The notes beneath the pieces are model-generated. The model was not told the DNA's origin and did not search any database. It was given only the letters and a program-made list of their open reading frames with translations. The translations under genes were made by a program, and so were the position numbers. From Scenedesmus sp. PABB004 (Eukaryota): a stretch of DNA of 64,000 nt. Shown here piece after piece: positions 22,521 to 34,211 of the stretch (positions are counted from its first letter, which is position 1; the number at the start of each line of letters is the position of its first letter). The stretch covers positions 2,232,001 through 2,296,000 of the forward strand of contig JABVCE010000002.1 of NCBI GenBank assembly GCA_014905635.1. Reading direction: 5' to 3'.

Positions 22521-25023
22521 GCCGGCGGCCCGGCGCCAGGCTCTGCGCGCGCCCAGGTCGCCGCCTCGGCCGCCCGCCGCGCCGCGGCCGCGCCGCCGCC
22601 GCGCAGCTGCGCGCCGGAGGACCTGGCCAAAGAGCGCGGCGCGGTGCTGGAGGAGCTGCGCATGTCGCAGGACAGCGCGGGCCGCCTCGCGACGGCGCAC
22701 TGGAAGCTGCTGCTGCGCGGCAGCCGGTGCGGCGGCGGGGCGGCGCGCCGCGCCCCGCGTGCGCGCAGGGGGTGCGCCGCGCCCCCGGCGCCTGCCCACC
22801 GCCTCTGCCCGCCGCGCCATTGGCTGCACGCAGGTACGAGGACCGGCTGCCGATTGGGCTCGAGCGAGTGATCAAGACCGTGCCTGCCGCCACCATCGCT
22901 GCCTTCTACCGCCGCTGGTGCGCGCAGCGCCGCCGCGGCGCCGCCGCCGCCGCCGCCGACGGCGCACGGGCAGCTCGGCACGGCGCGCGGCGCGCGGCGC
23001 ACTGCGGTCGGCGGCCGCGTGCGTCGCGGCAGGCCGCCGGGGGCCGCCGGCGCCGCCGACTGCGCCGCGTCCGGGTCGCAGGTACCTGCCGCGCCGCATG
23101 GCCGTGGTGGTCGTCGGCGACTTCCCCGACCCCGCGGCCGTGGTGCGCCTGATTGAGGCGCACCTGGGGCCCGCGTTTGACGGCGTGCCGGCCGACGCGC
23201 TCGCCGGCGGGCCCGAGGTGCCGCCCGTGCCGCCGGAGAGCTGGCGCCACGCCGAGCCCAGGCACGCAAGCGCCGCCACCCCCACCCGCCGCGCCGCCGC
23301 GCTCCGCCGGGCCGACCGTCCGACCGTCCGCCGCGCTCCGCCGGCCGGCCGCTCCCCCGCGGCAGGTTTTGCGTGTTTGCCGACCGCGAGGCGCAGGACA
23401 GTGTGGTCTATGCGAGCTGGAAGGTGCCCGCGCGGCCCCCGTCGCGGCAACGCCCGGCGCCGCGCGCGCGCGGCCGCCCGGTTGTCGCCGGCTGCGGGCA
23501 GCAGACCCCGCCCGCGCCGCGCGGACTGACGCCGCGCCCGCCCGCCGCAGGTGCCCGCGCGGCCCACGGCCACGCCGGCGCAGTACCTAGAGGTCATCCG
23601 GGACTCGCTCTTCCTCGACTGCCTCAACGCCAGGCTCTACCGCCTCGGCCGCGCCCGGGCGCCGCCCTTCTTCAGCGCGACCCTCTCCGACGAGGCCGCG
23701 TGCGGCGCGGCCGACCTCTTCGTGCTGGGCGTGGTCGCGGAGGAGCGCCAGACGCTGCGGTGCGGCTGACCGCGCGGGCGGGCCACGGGGGCGGCGACGG
23801 CGGTGCCTCGGCCGCCGCGGCGCCTCAGCGGAAGGCAAGCCCAGCGCCCGCGCGCCGCTGACGCCGCGCCGCGTGCCGCGCAGCGCGCTCGAGGCGGTGC
23901 TGACGGAGCTGGCGCGCGTGCGGCTGCACGGCTTCAGCGCGCGTGAGCTTGCCAACGCGGTCAAGGGCATGCAGGCGCGCCGCGCGCCGCGCAGGCCCGG
24001 CCGCCGGCCCGCCTCGCCCGCCCGCGCCCGCGCGCCCGCCGGCCTCACGCCCCTGTGCGTGCCTCCACGTCTGCCAGGCGGACATCGAGACCACCTTCCT
24101 TGAGGCAGACCAGGGCTACTGCACGGATCTGCGGGACGAGTATGTCCGCCACTTCCTCGGGCAGGAGTTTGTGTCAGGTCGGCGGGGCGGCGCCGGCTCG
24201 CCGCGCGGCGCCCGCGCGGCACACGCGGCGGGGTGCGGGCGGCGGCCCGGCGGCCCAGCGCAGCACGCCCCGCGCCGCGCCGCGCCGCGCAGGCCAGGAG
24301 TACGAGGCGCGGCTGAACAAGGCGCTGCTGCCGCTGGTGACCTTGGCGGACGTCAACGCGCGCGCGCGCGCCCTCACACACACCAACAGCGCCGTCTTCA
24401 AGACGGTCGAGCACAAGTGCGCGGCGCGGGGGCGGCAGCGCGGCCGGGGCGCTGCCGCGCGCGGCGCGGGGCCCGCGCGCCGCGCGCCGCCGCGCGGGCC
24501 GCCCACGCGCGCCTCGCCGGGGCGGCGCAGGAAGTGGCACGGCGAGGCGGCGCTGCGCAAGGTGGTGCTCGCCGTGGCGGCGGCCGAGGCGGCGGGGGAG
24601 ATCGGGCCGTGGGAGGAGCCGGACATGCCGGACGGCCTCATGGACGAGGTGCGCGCTGGTCTCACGGTGTCGCGGGGCCTGTCAGCGGGAGGCCCCTCGC
24701 CGCCTGCGCCAGGCCGTGCTGCGCTGCGCTGCGCGCGACGCCTGCCCGCGCCGCGCCGCAGGTGCCCGCGGTGCCGGCGGAGTGGTACGCGGCGTGCGGG
24801 CAGGAGCCGCCGGACGGGGGGCTCGCGCCGCCGGGCGCAGCGGCGGAGCTGGTGGCGGCCGCCGCGGCCGCGGCGGGCACACTTGCGGCGGGCCAGACCG
24901 GGGCGGCCGGTTTGCCGCGCCACGTGCACTCGCACGGCCACCACGGGCTGCGCTCCGGCGGCGCCGGCTCGTGCGCGTGCGCGGCGCGCGCCGGCAGCGA
25001 CGGCGTGGCGCAGCAGGAGCAGG

Positions 25024-25057
<34 letters not shown>

Positions 25058-25126
25058 AGAGCAGTCACAGCAGCAGCAGTCAGAGCAGCAGCCGCCGGAG
25101 CGGCAGCAGCAGTCGAAGCGGCAGCC

Positions 25127-25168
<42 letters not shown>

Positions 25169-28100
25169 AGACCAGCCAGAGCAGCCAGAGCAGCAGCCGC
25201 CGCGCACGATGGTCCACCCGGGTGCGCGGCGCTGCCCGCCGCGCCCCTCGCGAGCGCCCGCCAGCCGGCCCGAGCGCCGGGCGACGCCTCTGAATCCCCT
25301 CTCATCCGCGCGCGCGCGCCGCGCCGCGCAGGCGTCGTGTCGGAGCGCTGGTTCCCGGAGCTGGAGGTGCGCGAGCTGACGCTGGTCAACGGCCTGGTCG
25401 TGGCGGTCAAGGAGACTGACTTCCTTGCGGACGAGGTCATGGTCACCGCGCTGGCCAACGGCGGGCTCAGCGAGGTGCGCGGCGGCGCGCGGCGGCGCGT
25501 GGCGCGCGGCGGGCGCGGGCCGGCGCGCCTGATGGTGCCGCCGCGCGGCGCGCTGTGCGCTGCGCGCAGGTGCCGCGGGCGAGCTTCTACACGGCGTCCA
25601 TGTCGGGCGTGGTCGCGAGCCAGCTCGGGGCGTTCGGGCACAAGCCGGAGGTGCTGAGCGAGCTGCTCGCGGGTGAGCGCGCGCGTGTGCGCGCGCGCAC
25701 CAGCAGGCCGCGCGCCGCCGCAGCGCCCGCGCGCCGGGCGCCGCACCCGGCCTGCGCGCCGCACCCGACCCGCCCGCCCCCGAGCAGGCCGCCGGCTGAA
25801 CCTGAGCCCGAGCGAGGGTGCTTATTCCCGCAACGTCAAGGGCAGCGCGAGCCCGCACGACCTGAGGGAGGCGCTCGAGCTGCTGCACCTGCTCTTCACC
25901 CGCGACCTCACGCTCGAGTCGGGCGACCTCGACAGCGTCATGCTGCAGGCGCGGCAGGGTTTAGGATGGCGGCGCGGAGAGCCCGCGTCCCGCGCCCCGC
26001 CCACGCGCCGCACCGCCGCCGCCGCCGCCGCGCGCAGGTGCGGCAGGGCATCGAGGCGCAGCTGCGCAACCCGCTGCACAAGTACCACGCGCGCCTGAGG
26101 CAGGCGAGGCCGCGGCGGCCGCGCTGCCAGCGGGCGCTGGCGGGCGCTGGCGGGCGCTGGCGGCGCGCGCGGCGCGCCTGGGTGCGCGCGCTCGCGCCGC
26201 CTCGCGCCGCCTCATGCTCCCCGGCGCGCCCGGCGCGCGCCTGCAGGTCAACTATGGCTGCTACTTCTTTGAGCCCATCACCCTCGAGGAGCTCGACAAG
26301 GCGCGCAGGCCGGGGCCGGGGGCCGTGTGTCGCGGCCGCGCCGCGCCCGCCGCGCCCCGCGCCGCCAACCACCCGCGGCGCCACGCCGACGCCGCGCCGA
26401 CGCCGCGCCGCGCCCGCGCGCCCGCGCGGCGTGCCTGCAGGTCGACCTCGACGCCGCGTGCGTGCACCACAACGTCGCGTTCAGCAACCCCGCCGAGTTC
26501 ACGCTCGTGCTCACCGGCGCGGCGCGGCTCGCGGCAGGGGAGGCGCTGCTGCCCCTCGTCACGGCGCTGCTCGCGACGATCCCGCCCGCGCCCGGCCGCG
26601 GCGGGCGGCGCGACGTCCGCACGCTGACTGCCATGCCGTTTGCGTTCCCCGCATCGCCGGTCGTGGAGGATGTGGAGGTGCGGCACGCGGCGGCCGGTGT
26701 GGCGCGCGGCGACCGGCGGCCGCCGGTGTGGCGTGGGGCGCACGCCGCGCGACGCGCGTGGCATGCGCTGCAGGCTGCCGCGCCAGGCGCCCCGCTGCTG
26801 GCGCGCATAGCTAGGGCTAAAGCCTAAGTAAACCGCAACCCCTAAACCTCCGCCCGCCCCACCAGGTGGACATGGTGTCGCCGATGACGCAGAGCCAGAT
26901 CACCTTCCCCGTCGGCCTCGCGCGCAGCACGGCGCGCGAGGAGCTGTGGTGGCTCAACCACGCGTGCCGCCTGCTCGAGACGCGGCTGCTGCAGGTGCCG
27001 CCGCGCGGCCGTGCGGCCCGCCGCCGCGCCGCGCCGTCGCGGCGCCGCCGCGCCGCGCAAGTGCTGGCCGCCTAACGACAGCACACGCCGCCGGCGCCCG
27101 CCCGTCCCTTTTCTGCTCCGCAGAAGCTGCGCTTCGAGTACGGTGAGATTTACACCGTCAGCGTGAGCAGCTTCTTTGGCTGCGAGGCGCCGAGCAGCAC
27201 GGGGGCCGTGCTCTGGGGCGACGCCCAGATCTCGTTCACCTGCGCGCCCGCCAACAAGGTGCGCGCGCGCGCTGGCCGCCAGGGCTGAGCGCCCGGCGGC
27301 GTCGCCGCGGGGGATTGAGCTCCGCTTGAGCGTTGGCTGCCGCCGCCGCCGCCGCCGCGGTGACCAGGCCAAGCTGGTGGAGCTGGCGCTGGCGACGCTG
27401 GAGCTGCTGCAGGAGGAGGGGCCGACGCAGGCGGAGATTGAGACGCTCCTGTGAGCGGCCAGCGGGGCGCGGGGCGGCGGGGCGCCGCGGCGCGCCGGCG
27501 GGGCTGACCCGCCCCGCGCGCCGCCGCCCGCGCTCACGCCTCCCGCGCTCCGCCGCCCCACACTCATGCCGCCCGCGCTGACGCCGCCGCGCCGCCCCCG
27601 CGCAGCAAGCTCGAGACGTTTGACTGGTGCGGCGCCCCGCCGCCCGCCACGCCCGCGCCCCGCGCCCTCCGCTCCTAGCCTCCTCGTCCTCGCCCAGTCG
27701 CCCCGCTTGCCGGCCCCGCTCACCCGCCCCGCCCGCCGCCCGCGTCCGCCACCAACTCGCCACCGGGTCGCAGGGAGAACCTGCAGCAGGAAAACTCGTT
27801 CTTCCACGACGTCATAACAAACGCCTACAAGTCACGCAAGTTTGCCGAGACGGGCGACCTCGACGCCGTGTGGACCCGCATCCGCGACGCGCGCGAGGAG
27901 GCGCGCAGCACGCGCGCGCGCACGCAGGCGGGCGCGGGCGGCGGGCGGCCCAGCCACGCACGCGGCCCGAGCCTCGCCGCGCGTCGCCGCCGCCGCCCGA
28001 CCGCCGGCCACGGCCCGCCCGCCGCCGGCGCTGCGGCCGCAGGTCATGGCCGCGATGTCGCCGGAGAGCATGCGCTCGGCGCTGCGCCGCCTGTTCCCGC

Positions 28101-28294
28101 ACCCCTGCCGCAGCCGCTACACCGCCATAACCATGATGCCCCGCCCGCCGGGCCTGGCGGCCAGGCTCGCCTTCAGCTGGGCCGCCGCGCGGCCGGGCAC
28201 GCGCGCGGCCGTCGCGGCGGGCGCGGCGGGGCTGCTCGCGGCCGGCGCGCTCGCGGCGGTGCTGATGGCGCGGCGCCGCGCGGCGGCGCGGTGA
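21712..28294 (+). CDS. M16 (insulinase) zinc protease, PqqL-like, more than 20 exons
   Basis: GALPNGL|RYYVR, VGSLAEEEEERGVAHILEHLAF (HxxEH), NAYTSADETVY, KERGAVLEE, RLPIGL, second half LTLVNGLVVAVKETDFLADEV, hydrophobic C-terminus. The stop overlaps a donor-like GTGAGT, so the 3' end is uncertain. Confidence 0.9.
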
Positions 28295-28741
28295 GTCGTC
28301 GGCTGCGCGCAGCCGGGCGTGCGCGGCGGGTAATCCATTCTTCTTTGAGTTCCTTACTCCCTTGCCCGCCGCCTCATTCACCCGGCAGCCGGGCCCCGAG
28401 CTCGGGTTTAGGGGTTTGAGTCGCCGCCTGCGCGCGCAGCAGGTGGGCGCCGCATGCGCAGCACCACCACCTTCAATGCTGGGGGATCCCCCCTCCCCCG
28501 CCCCCCCCCCCGCCGCCTCACTCCCCTCTATTGGGTTTGCGGTGTGTGGCCCTGGGTCTCTCACGCTGCGCCGGTCGTAATAACGCGCTGCACAGTGCAC
28601 AAGCGTGCAATGAACAGTGAGGGGTCGCGCCGCAAAGGGCACACACAGAGAGGCCGGCGCGCGCGCGCCGCGTGGCTGCCTTGCGGCGGCGCCGGCGCCA
28701 GCGGGGGCGATAGACCCGCCCCGCGCTCAGTGGCGCCGCCC

Positions 28742-31700
28742 CTACGGCGACGCGGCCGAGGCCTGCGCGACGAGGGGGACGCGCGTGGTCGTGCCGGCGT
28801 CGCCGGCCCAAGTGATGGCCCCGTGCATGTAGACGTTCAACGGCGCGCGCGGCAGCGCCTCAACAGTGATGGCCAGCGCCTGGGTCTGCCCCGGCGCGAG
28901 CGTGAAGGTCGGCGGGTCCACCGACACGCGCAGGTGCGTCGCCGCGTCGCCGTCGAGCTGCACCGACGCGGTGAAGCTCGCCGGCGACGCGCCGACGGCG
29001 GTGACGGTGCGGCGCACGACCAGCGGCGTGCCCGGCGTGAGGCGCGGCAGCGCGATGGAGGGCGTGTTGAGGTTGTGCGGCTTGCACGCGTCGGGGTCGC
29101 GCGAGCAGGCGCCGCAGCGGTCGCCGACCGCGCGCTCCGCGCCGCAGAGGAAGCGCTGCCAGTCGCTGTACTTGCTGTCAAAGACGAGCCCCGGGGTGAA
29201 CATGCGCATCGCGTCGACGTGCCCCGCGCCGTAGTCAAACGCGTCGCCAAAGGCCAGCCCCGGCGTGCCCGTGCGCGTGGTCTGGTACGCCGTGGTCATC
29301 AGCGCGCTCTTGACCGCCATGGGCGACCAGGTCGGGTACTTCTGGCGCAGCAGCGCCGCCAGGCCCGCCACGTGCGGCGTCGCCTGCGGCGGCGCGCGGG
29401 GCGCCCGGGACACGCGGGGGTGAGTCGTCGGCCGCACAGCCGGCGGCGCGGCGGCGCGGGCGCGGCGGCGCAGGCCGTCTGGGGCGCGCGGTGCGCCGGG
29501 CTCGCGGCACACGCACCATGCTCGTGCCCGTGAGCGAAGTGTACGGCCCCGAGCCGGCGGCGGGGGCAAATGCCGCGATCACTTCGACGCCGGGCGCGGC
29601 GAGGTCGGGCTTGAGCACGGCGCCGCCGCCCGCGACGCACGGCCCGCGGCCCGATATGTCAGCCATCTGGGGCGCGAGCGCGGTCTCGTCCACGCGCGCC
29701 GCGCCGATCTCCGCGGTCGCGCCCGGCGCGGCCGCGGCCGCCGCGAGCGCGGCGCGGTGCTCCGCGGGCAGGTGCACGGTCGGGACGGGGTGGTCGTCGA
29801 GGTTCAGGCTCGCAAAGTCGCCGGTCGCGTCGACGTTGACCAGCACCATGCCGACGCCGCCGGCGCGCTTGACCTCGGCCGACTTCTCCACGCGCTGGCT
29901 CAGGCCGCGGTCGCACACCACGATCGCGCCGCGCACCTTGGCGGGGTCGAGCGTGCCCTCGAAGCAGCGCGCCACGTCGATGAGCGCCGCGCCGGGCGCC
30001 CCCGCGGCGCGGGCGGCCACGAGCGGCGCGGGCCCGGCGCCGACGGTCTGAAAGCCGGCGCCCGTCAGCGTCGAGGCCTCACCGCCGGGCGCGGTGCTGC
30101 GGAGCGTCACGCTCGCGACGATGCGCCGGTTGTGGCTCGCGGCCGCGACGGTCGTCAGCCAGGGGCCCGGGTTGTCCACGGTCGCCGGGTCGGGGCCCGA
30201 GTTGCCCGCGGCCGCCGACACAAACACGCCCGCGCGCGCCGCCTGCGCGGCGCGGCGGAGGGTGGCGGGCGGAGCAGGCGGGCGGCTCAGCGACTCAGCG
30301 CGCCGCGCGCGCGCCCGGCGGGCCTGGCGCGCACACGCGGCGCGCGCGCGCCAGGAGCCATGCGAGCGCGCGCCCACCTGCATGAACGCGGCCATGACGA
30401 CCTCGCGGAAGCTGTACGTCGGCGTGTCGCTGCCCGCGACCGAGTAGTTGATCACGTCCACGCCGTCCGCGACCGCCGCGTCCACGCCCGCCACGACGTC
30501 CGCGAGCGAGCCGCTGCCGCCCCATAGCGTCTTGTAGATGGACAGCCGCGCGCGCGGGGCCATGCCGCTGACCGCGCCAAACTTGTACGCGGGTCCGTAG
30601 TTGCCCGCCGCCGTGCTGTGTTTGCGTCGTGCGCCGGGGCGGGGCAGGGCGGGGCGGGGCGCGCGTCGGCCCGGAACCAACGGCCCCACTCCCGCCCGCA
30701 CGCGCGCCCGCGACACGGCGACGCGGGCGCCGCGCAGCACCGCGCCACGCCGCGCCGCGCCGCGCTGCGGGCGCGCACCTCGCGGTGTGAGTGCCGTGGC
30801 CGCCGACGTCGCGACAAGAGATGACCTCGTTGGGCTCCTGCTTGCGCACGCCCCGCGCGCCGCCGAGGCCGGCGTTGAAGAACTTGCAGCCGACCACCTT
30901 GCGGCTGCGGCGGCAGCGGGCGGGCGCGTGAGCCACCGGCCGCCAGGCTCGCGCGCGGCAGCGCCGCCCCCCCTGCGCGGGCGCGGGCACGCGGGCGCGC
31001 GCGCACTTGCAGGTGCTCGCGGCAGAGTCCTCGCCCGCGTCGCAGGAGCCGGCAAACACGGCGGCACTGAGCGGCGCAAAGGCGATGCGGCCCGACGGCG
31101 AGAAGCCGCGGCGGTCGCTGAAGGATGGCGCCTCTGGGGTGAAGCCGGTGTCAATGACTCCGATCACCTGCCCCTCGCCCGCGCGCGCCGCGCCGCGCGG
31201 CGACACGGAGTCCCACGCGCCGCCGGCGCCGTCGCGGCCGGCGCCCGCGAGCCCGAGCCAGCGCGGCGTCGTGATCGTCGCCGCGAACACGCGGCGGTCG
31301 CGCGAGATGGAGACCACGCCCGGCGTCGCCGCGAGGCGCGCGAGCTCGTCGGGGCTCGGGTCGGCCACGGTGAATCCGTTGAGCGCGTACTGGAACGTGT
31401 GCAGCACGCGCCCCCGCGGCACGCCCGCGGCCGCCGCCGCCGCGGCGGCGCCCGCCTCGAGGTGGCCCGCGTAGGCCGCCGCCGCCGCGCTGCGCGCGCG
31501 CAGGCGGCCGCCGTCGGCCGCCGCGGTCGCGGCGAGCCCGGGCACGCCGCCCTCGTACGCCGCGACGGGGTCGCCGGACAGGCGGACGATGTAGAGGGAG
31601 AACAGCGCGACGCTGGTGTTGGCGCCCGCGGACGCCGCGGCCGCCGCCGCCGCGCGGCCGCCCGCGCCGGCGTCGTCGGCGAGCACGTGCACGGCGTCCG

Positions 31701-31806
31701 CGGTCCGCGGCCCGCCCGCTGCGAGCAGCAGCAGCAGCAGCACCGCCGCCGCCAGGCCCGCCGGGCGAACGGCGGCGCCGCCGCGTCTGCTGCTGCGCCT
31801 GACCAT
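28742..31806 (-). CDS. Secreted S8 subtilase (I9 prodomain, PA domain, Fn3-like C-terminus), paralog 1
   Basis: Signal peptide; catalytic triad VIGVIDTG, GHGTHTASTAAG, GTSM|ATPHVAG; oxyanion AAGNSGP; PA motif GAIVVCDRG; LNTPSIA. Confidence 0.93.
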
Positions 31807-32945
31807 GGCGGCCGGGCGCACCTGCGGCGGCGGCAGCAGCGGCGAAAGCGGTGACGCCACGACGGCGGCGCGCGCGCCGGCTCGTGCGTGCCTCGCCACG
31901 GCCGTGCTCTCCGACGGCGGCCTCCGCTGCCGCCCAGGGCGCGTGCATGCGCGCAGAGCGCCGCAGGCCGGCCTGCGGGTGGCCTGCAGGCCCGGCCCGC
32001 ACCGGCGCGGACGCTCGCGCCGCCCCGCAGACGACGGCGACCTAGACCTTCGGTGCTCACGCCGGCGCGGTGGGCGGCTGCTGCACCTGGGGAGCGCGTG
32101 CGGTGGGCGCGCGGCGCGTTCTGCTCTGCGCAGCGTCGAGCCCGTGGACTTCTGGAGCTGGTTGCGATCGTGAGACACGGGAGGCGGTGGTGGGTGAGCC
32201 GACGGCAGCGCGGGATGCCAGAGAGCGAGGCACAGAGCAGCAGCAGAGGTGAAGTGACGGCGGCGATGTTCTTGTCGGCGCGCCGACGGCCTGTTCGCTC
32301 GCGAAAGGCGCGAAGCGCGCTGGCCGCCACGCCACGCCGTGAACGGAGGCCAGGGCGCAGCTGGTGGGCGTCGTCGCGAGCGGTGCGCCGCCACCGGTGC
32401 CGCCGCCGCGCCGCGCCGCCGCCGCCGCCGCGCAGCGCGCATGAGCTTTGCGAGTCGCTCACCCAGCTATAATTGAGCTCGTCCATCTCCCGGCTGCGCG
32501 GCCCAACTCGTCGCCCGTTCCGCGCGCGGCCCCTGGCCTGCCGAGCAGGTCGGCCCGGCTCCACCGCCCGCGCGCGCAGCAGCAGGTGTCTGCGCAGGTC
32601 TCACAACTCTCCACAAGCTCCCTCGCGCGTCACCAGCGCTCGCACGCTCGCCAGCGCTGCCCCCTGGGACCGCGCGCAGCCGCGCGCCATCGCGGTCGGC
32701 AAATTGGCGCGCCCGCGCGTGCTGCGTGAGTCGGGCGCCCAGCTTGCGCGGGGGGCTGCCTGAGCTCTACCATCAGCTGCCCGGTCAGCCGCAGCAGCCC
32801 AGGGCGCGCCAGGCGCGCGCGTTGGGCAGCAGCAGTTGTGCCAGCCCCCCCGGGGGAGCTGGCCGCGCCTGCCCCGCCGCCCGGCGCAGCGCGGCAACCC
32901 GCCCTGCACCTGCGCCGCGCAGGGAGGAGTCCACCAGCCACCACG

Positions 32946-34171
32946 ATGCCGCGCCGCGGCGGCGGCGCGGCTGCGGCGGCGGCGCTGCTGGCGCTGCTGT
33001 TCGCGGCGGCCTCGCCCGCGGCCGCCGTGCTGCGCGAGGCCGACGCCGACGCGCCGGCCCGGCCCCCGGGCGCCAAGGCGCCCCGGAGCCGCACCAACAC
33101 GTACATCGTCGCGCTGCGCGACGAGCCGGCGGCGGCGTACGAGGGCGGCGTGCCGGGGCTCGCCGCGCCCGCGGCGCTCCCCGCCGCGCCGGGCCGCCCC
33201 GACCTCGCGTCGCCGGCGGCGCTCGCGTACGTCGCGCACCTCGACGCCGCGGCCGCGGCCGTCACGGCGCGCGCGGGCGTGGACGACAAGGTCGCGCACA
33301 GCTACCGCTACGCCGTGTTTGGCTTCTCGCTCACCGACCCGACGCCGGAGCAGCTCGCCGCGCTCGCGGCCGACCCGGCGGTCGAGTCGATCACGCGCGA
33401 CCGCCTGCAGACCGTGCAGACCTACTCGACGCACAAGTTCCTCGGCCTCGCCGCGCCAGACGCGGCCGACGGCAGCGGCGGCGCGTGGGAGGCGCTCGGC
33501 GCGGGCGGCGCGCCGTCCGCGGGCGAGGGCGTGGTCGTCGGCGTCGTCGACACCGGCGCGTGGCTCGACAACACGTGCTACGCGGACACGCAGTTCACCG
33601 CGCGCGGGCCCGCGCGCGGCCGCTTCGCGTACACCCCCGCGCGCAGCGTGCTCGACTATGCCGGCAAGTGCGCCACGGGCGAGACGGCCAGCTGCAAGTG
33701 AGCGGCGGCGCGGCGCGCGCGCGCGCGCGCGCGGGCGCGCGGTGCGGTGCCCCGTGAGCGGCGCGGCGCGTGCGGGCACGCCAGCGCCGTCACTCACGCG
33801 TCCCGCCGCCGCCGCCGCCGCCGCCGCAGCCGCAAGGTTATCGGCTGCCAGGTGAGCGGGGCCCTGCGGCGCGCTGGCCGCCCCCCCCCCCCCCGGGGCA
33901 GCGTGTCAGTCGCAGCAGCCGACACGGCCGCCGCGTGCCCGGGGCAGACCGGCGTCACCGCGGGCTGTGCCGGGCTAACCGCAAACCGCAAACCGCGGCG
34001 CCCGCAGTACTTCAACAAGGGCATGGGCGGCAACCCGGGCGTCGGCAGGGACTTCCCTGAGGAGTTCAACAGCTGCATGTGCGCCCGCTCGGCCGGGGCC
34101 AGGCGCGCGGGCCGGCAGCGCGCCGGCAGCACTGCCGCGCCCCACGCCGCGCCCGGCCGCCGCGCGCGTGC

Positions 34172-34211
<40 letters not shown>

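Noticed and set aside
31807..32945. Possible ncRNA or hidden gene in the 1.1-kb gap between the subtilases
   Set aside because: No recognisable tRNA, rRNA or snRNA, and no coding-like ORF. It likely holds divergent promoters and 5' UTR introns (acceptor-like CAG just before both ATGs).
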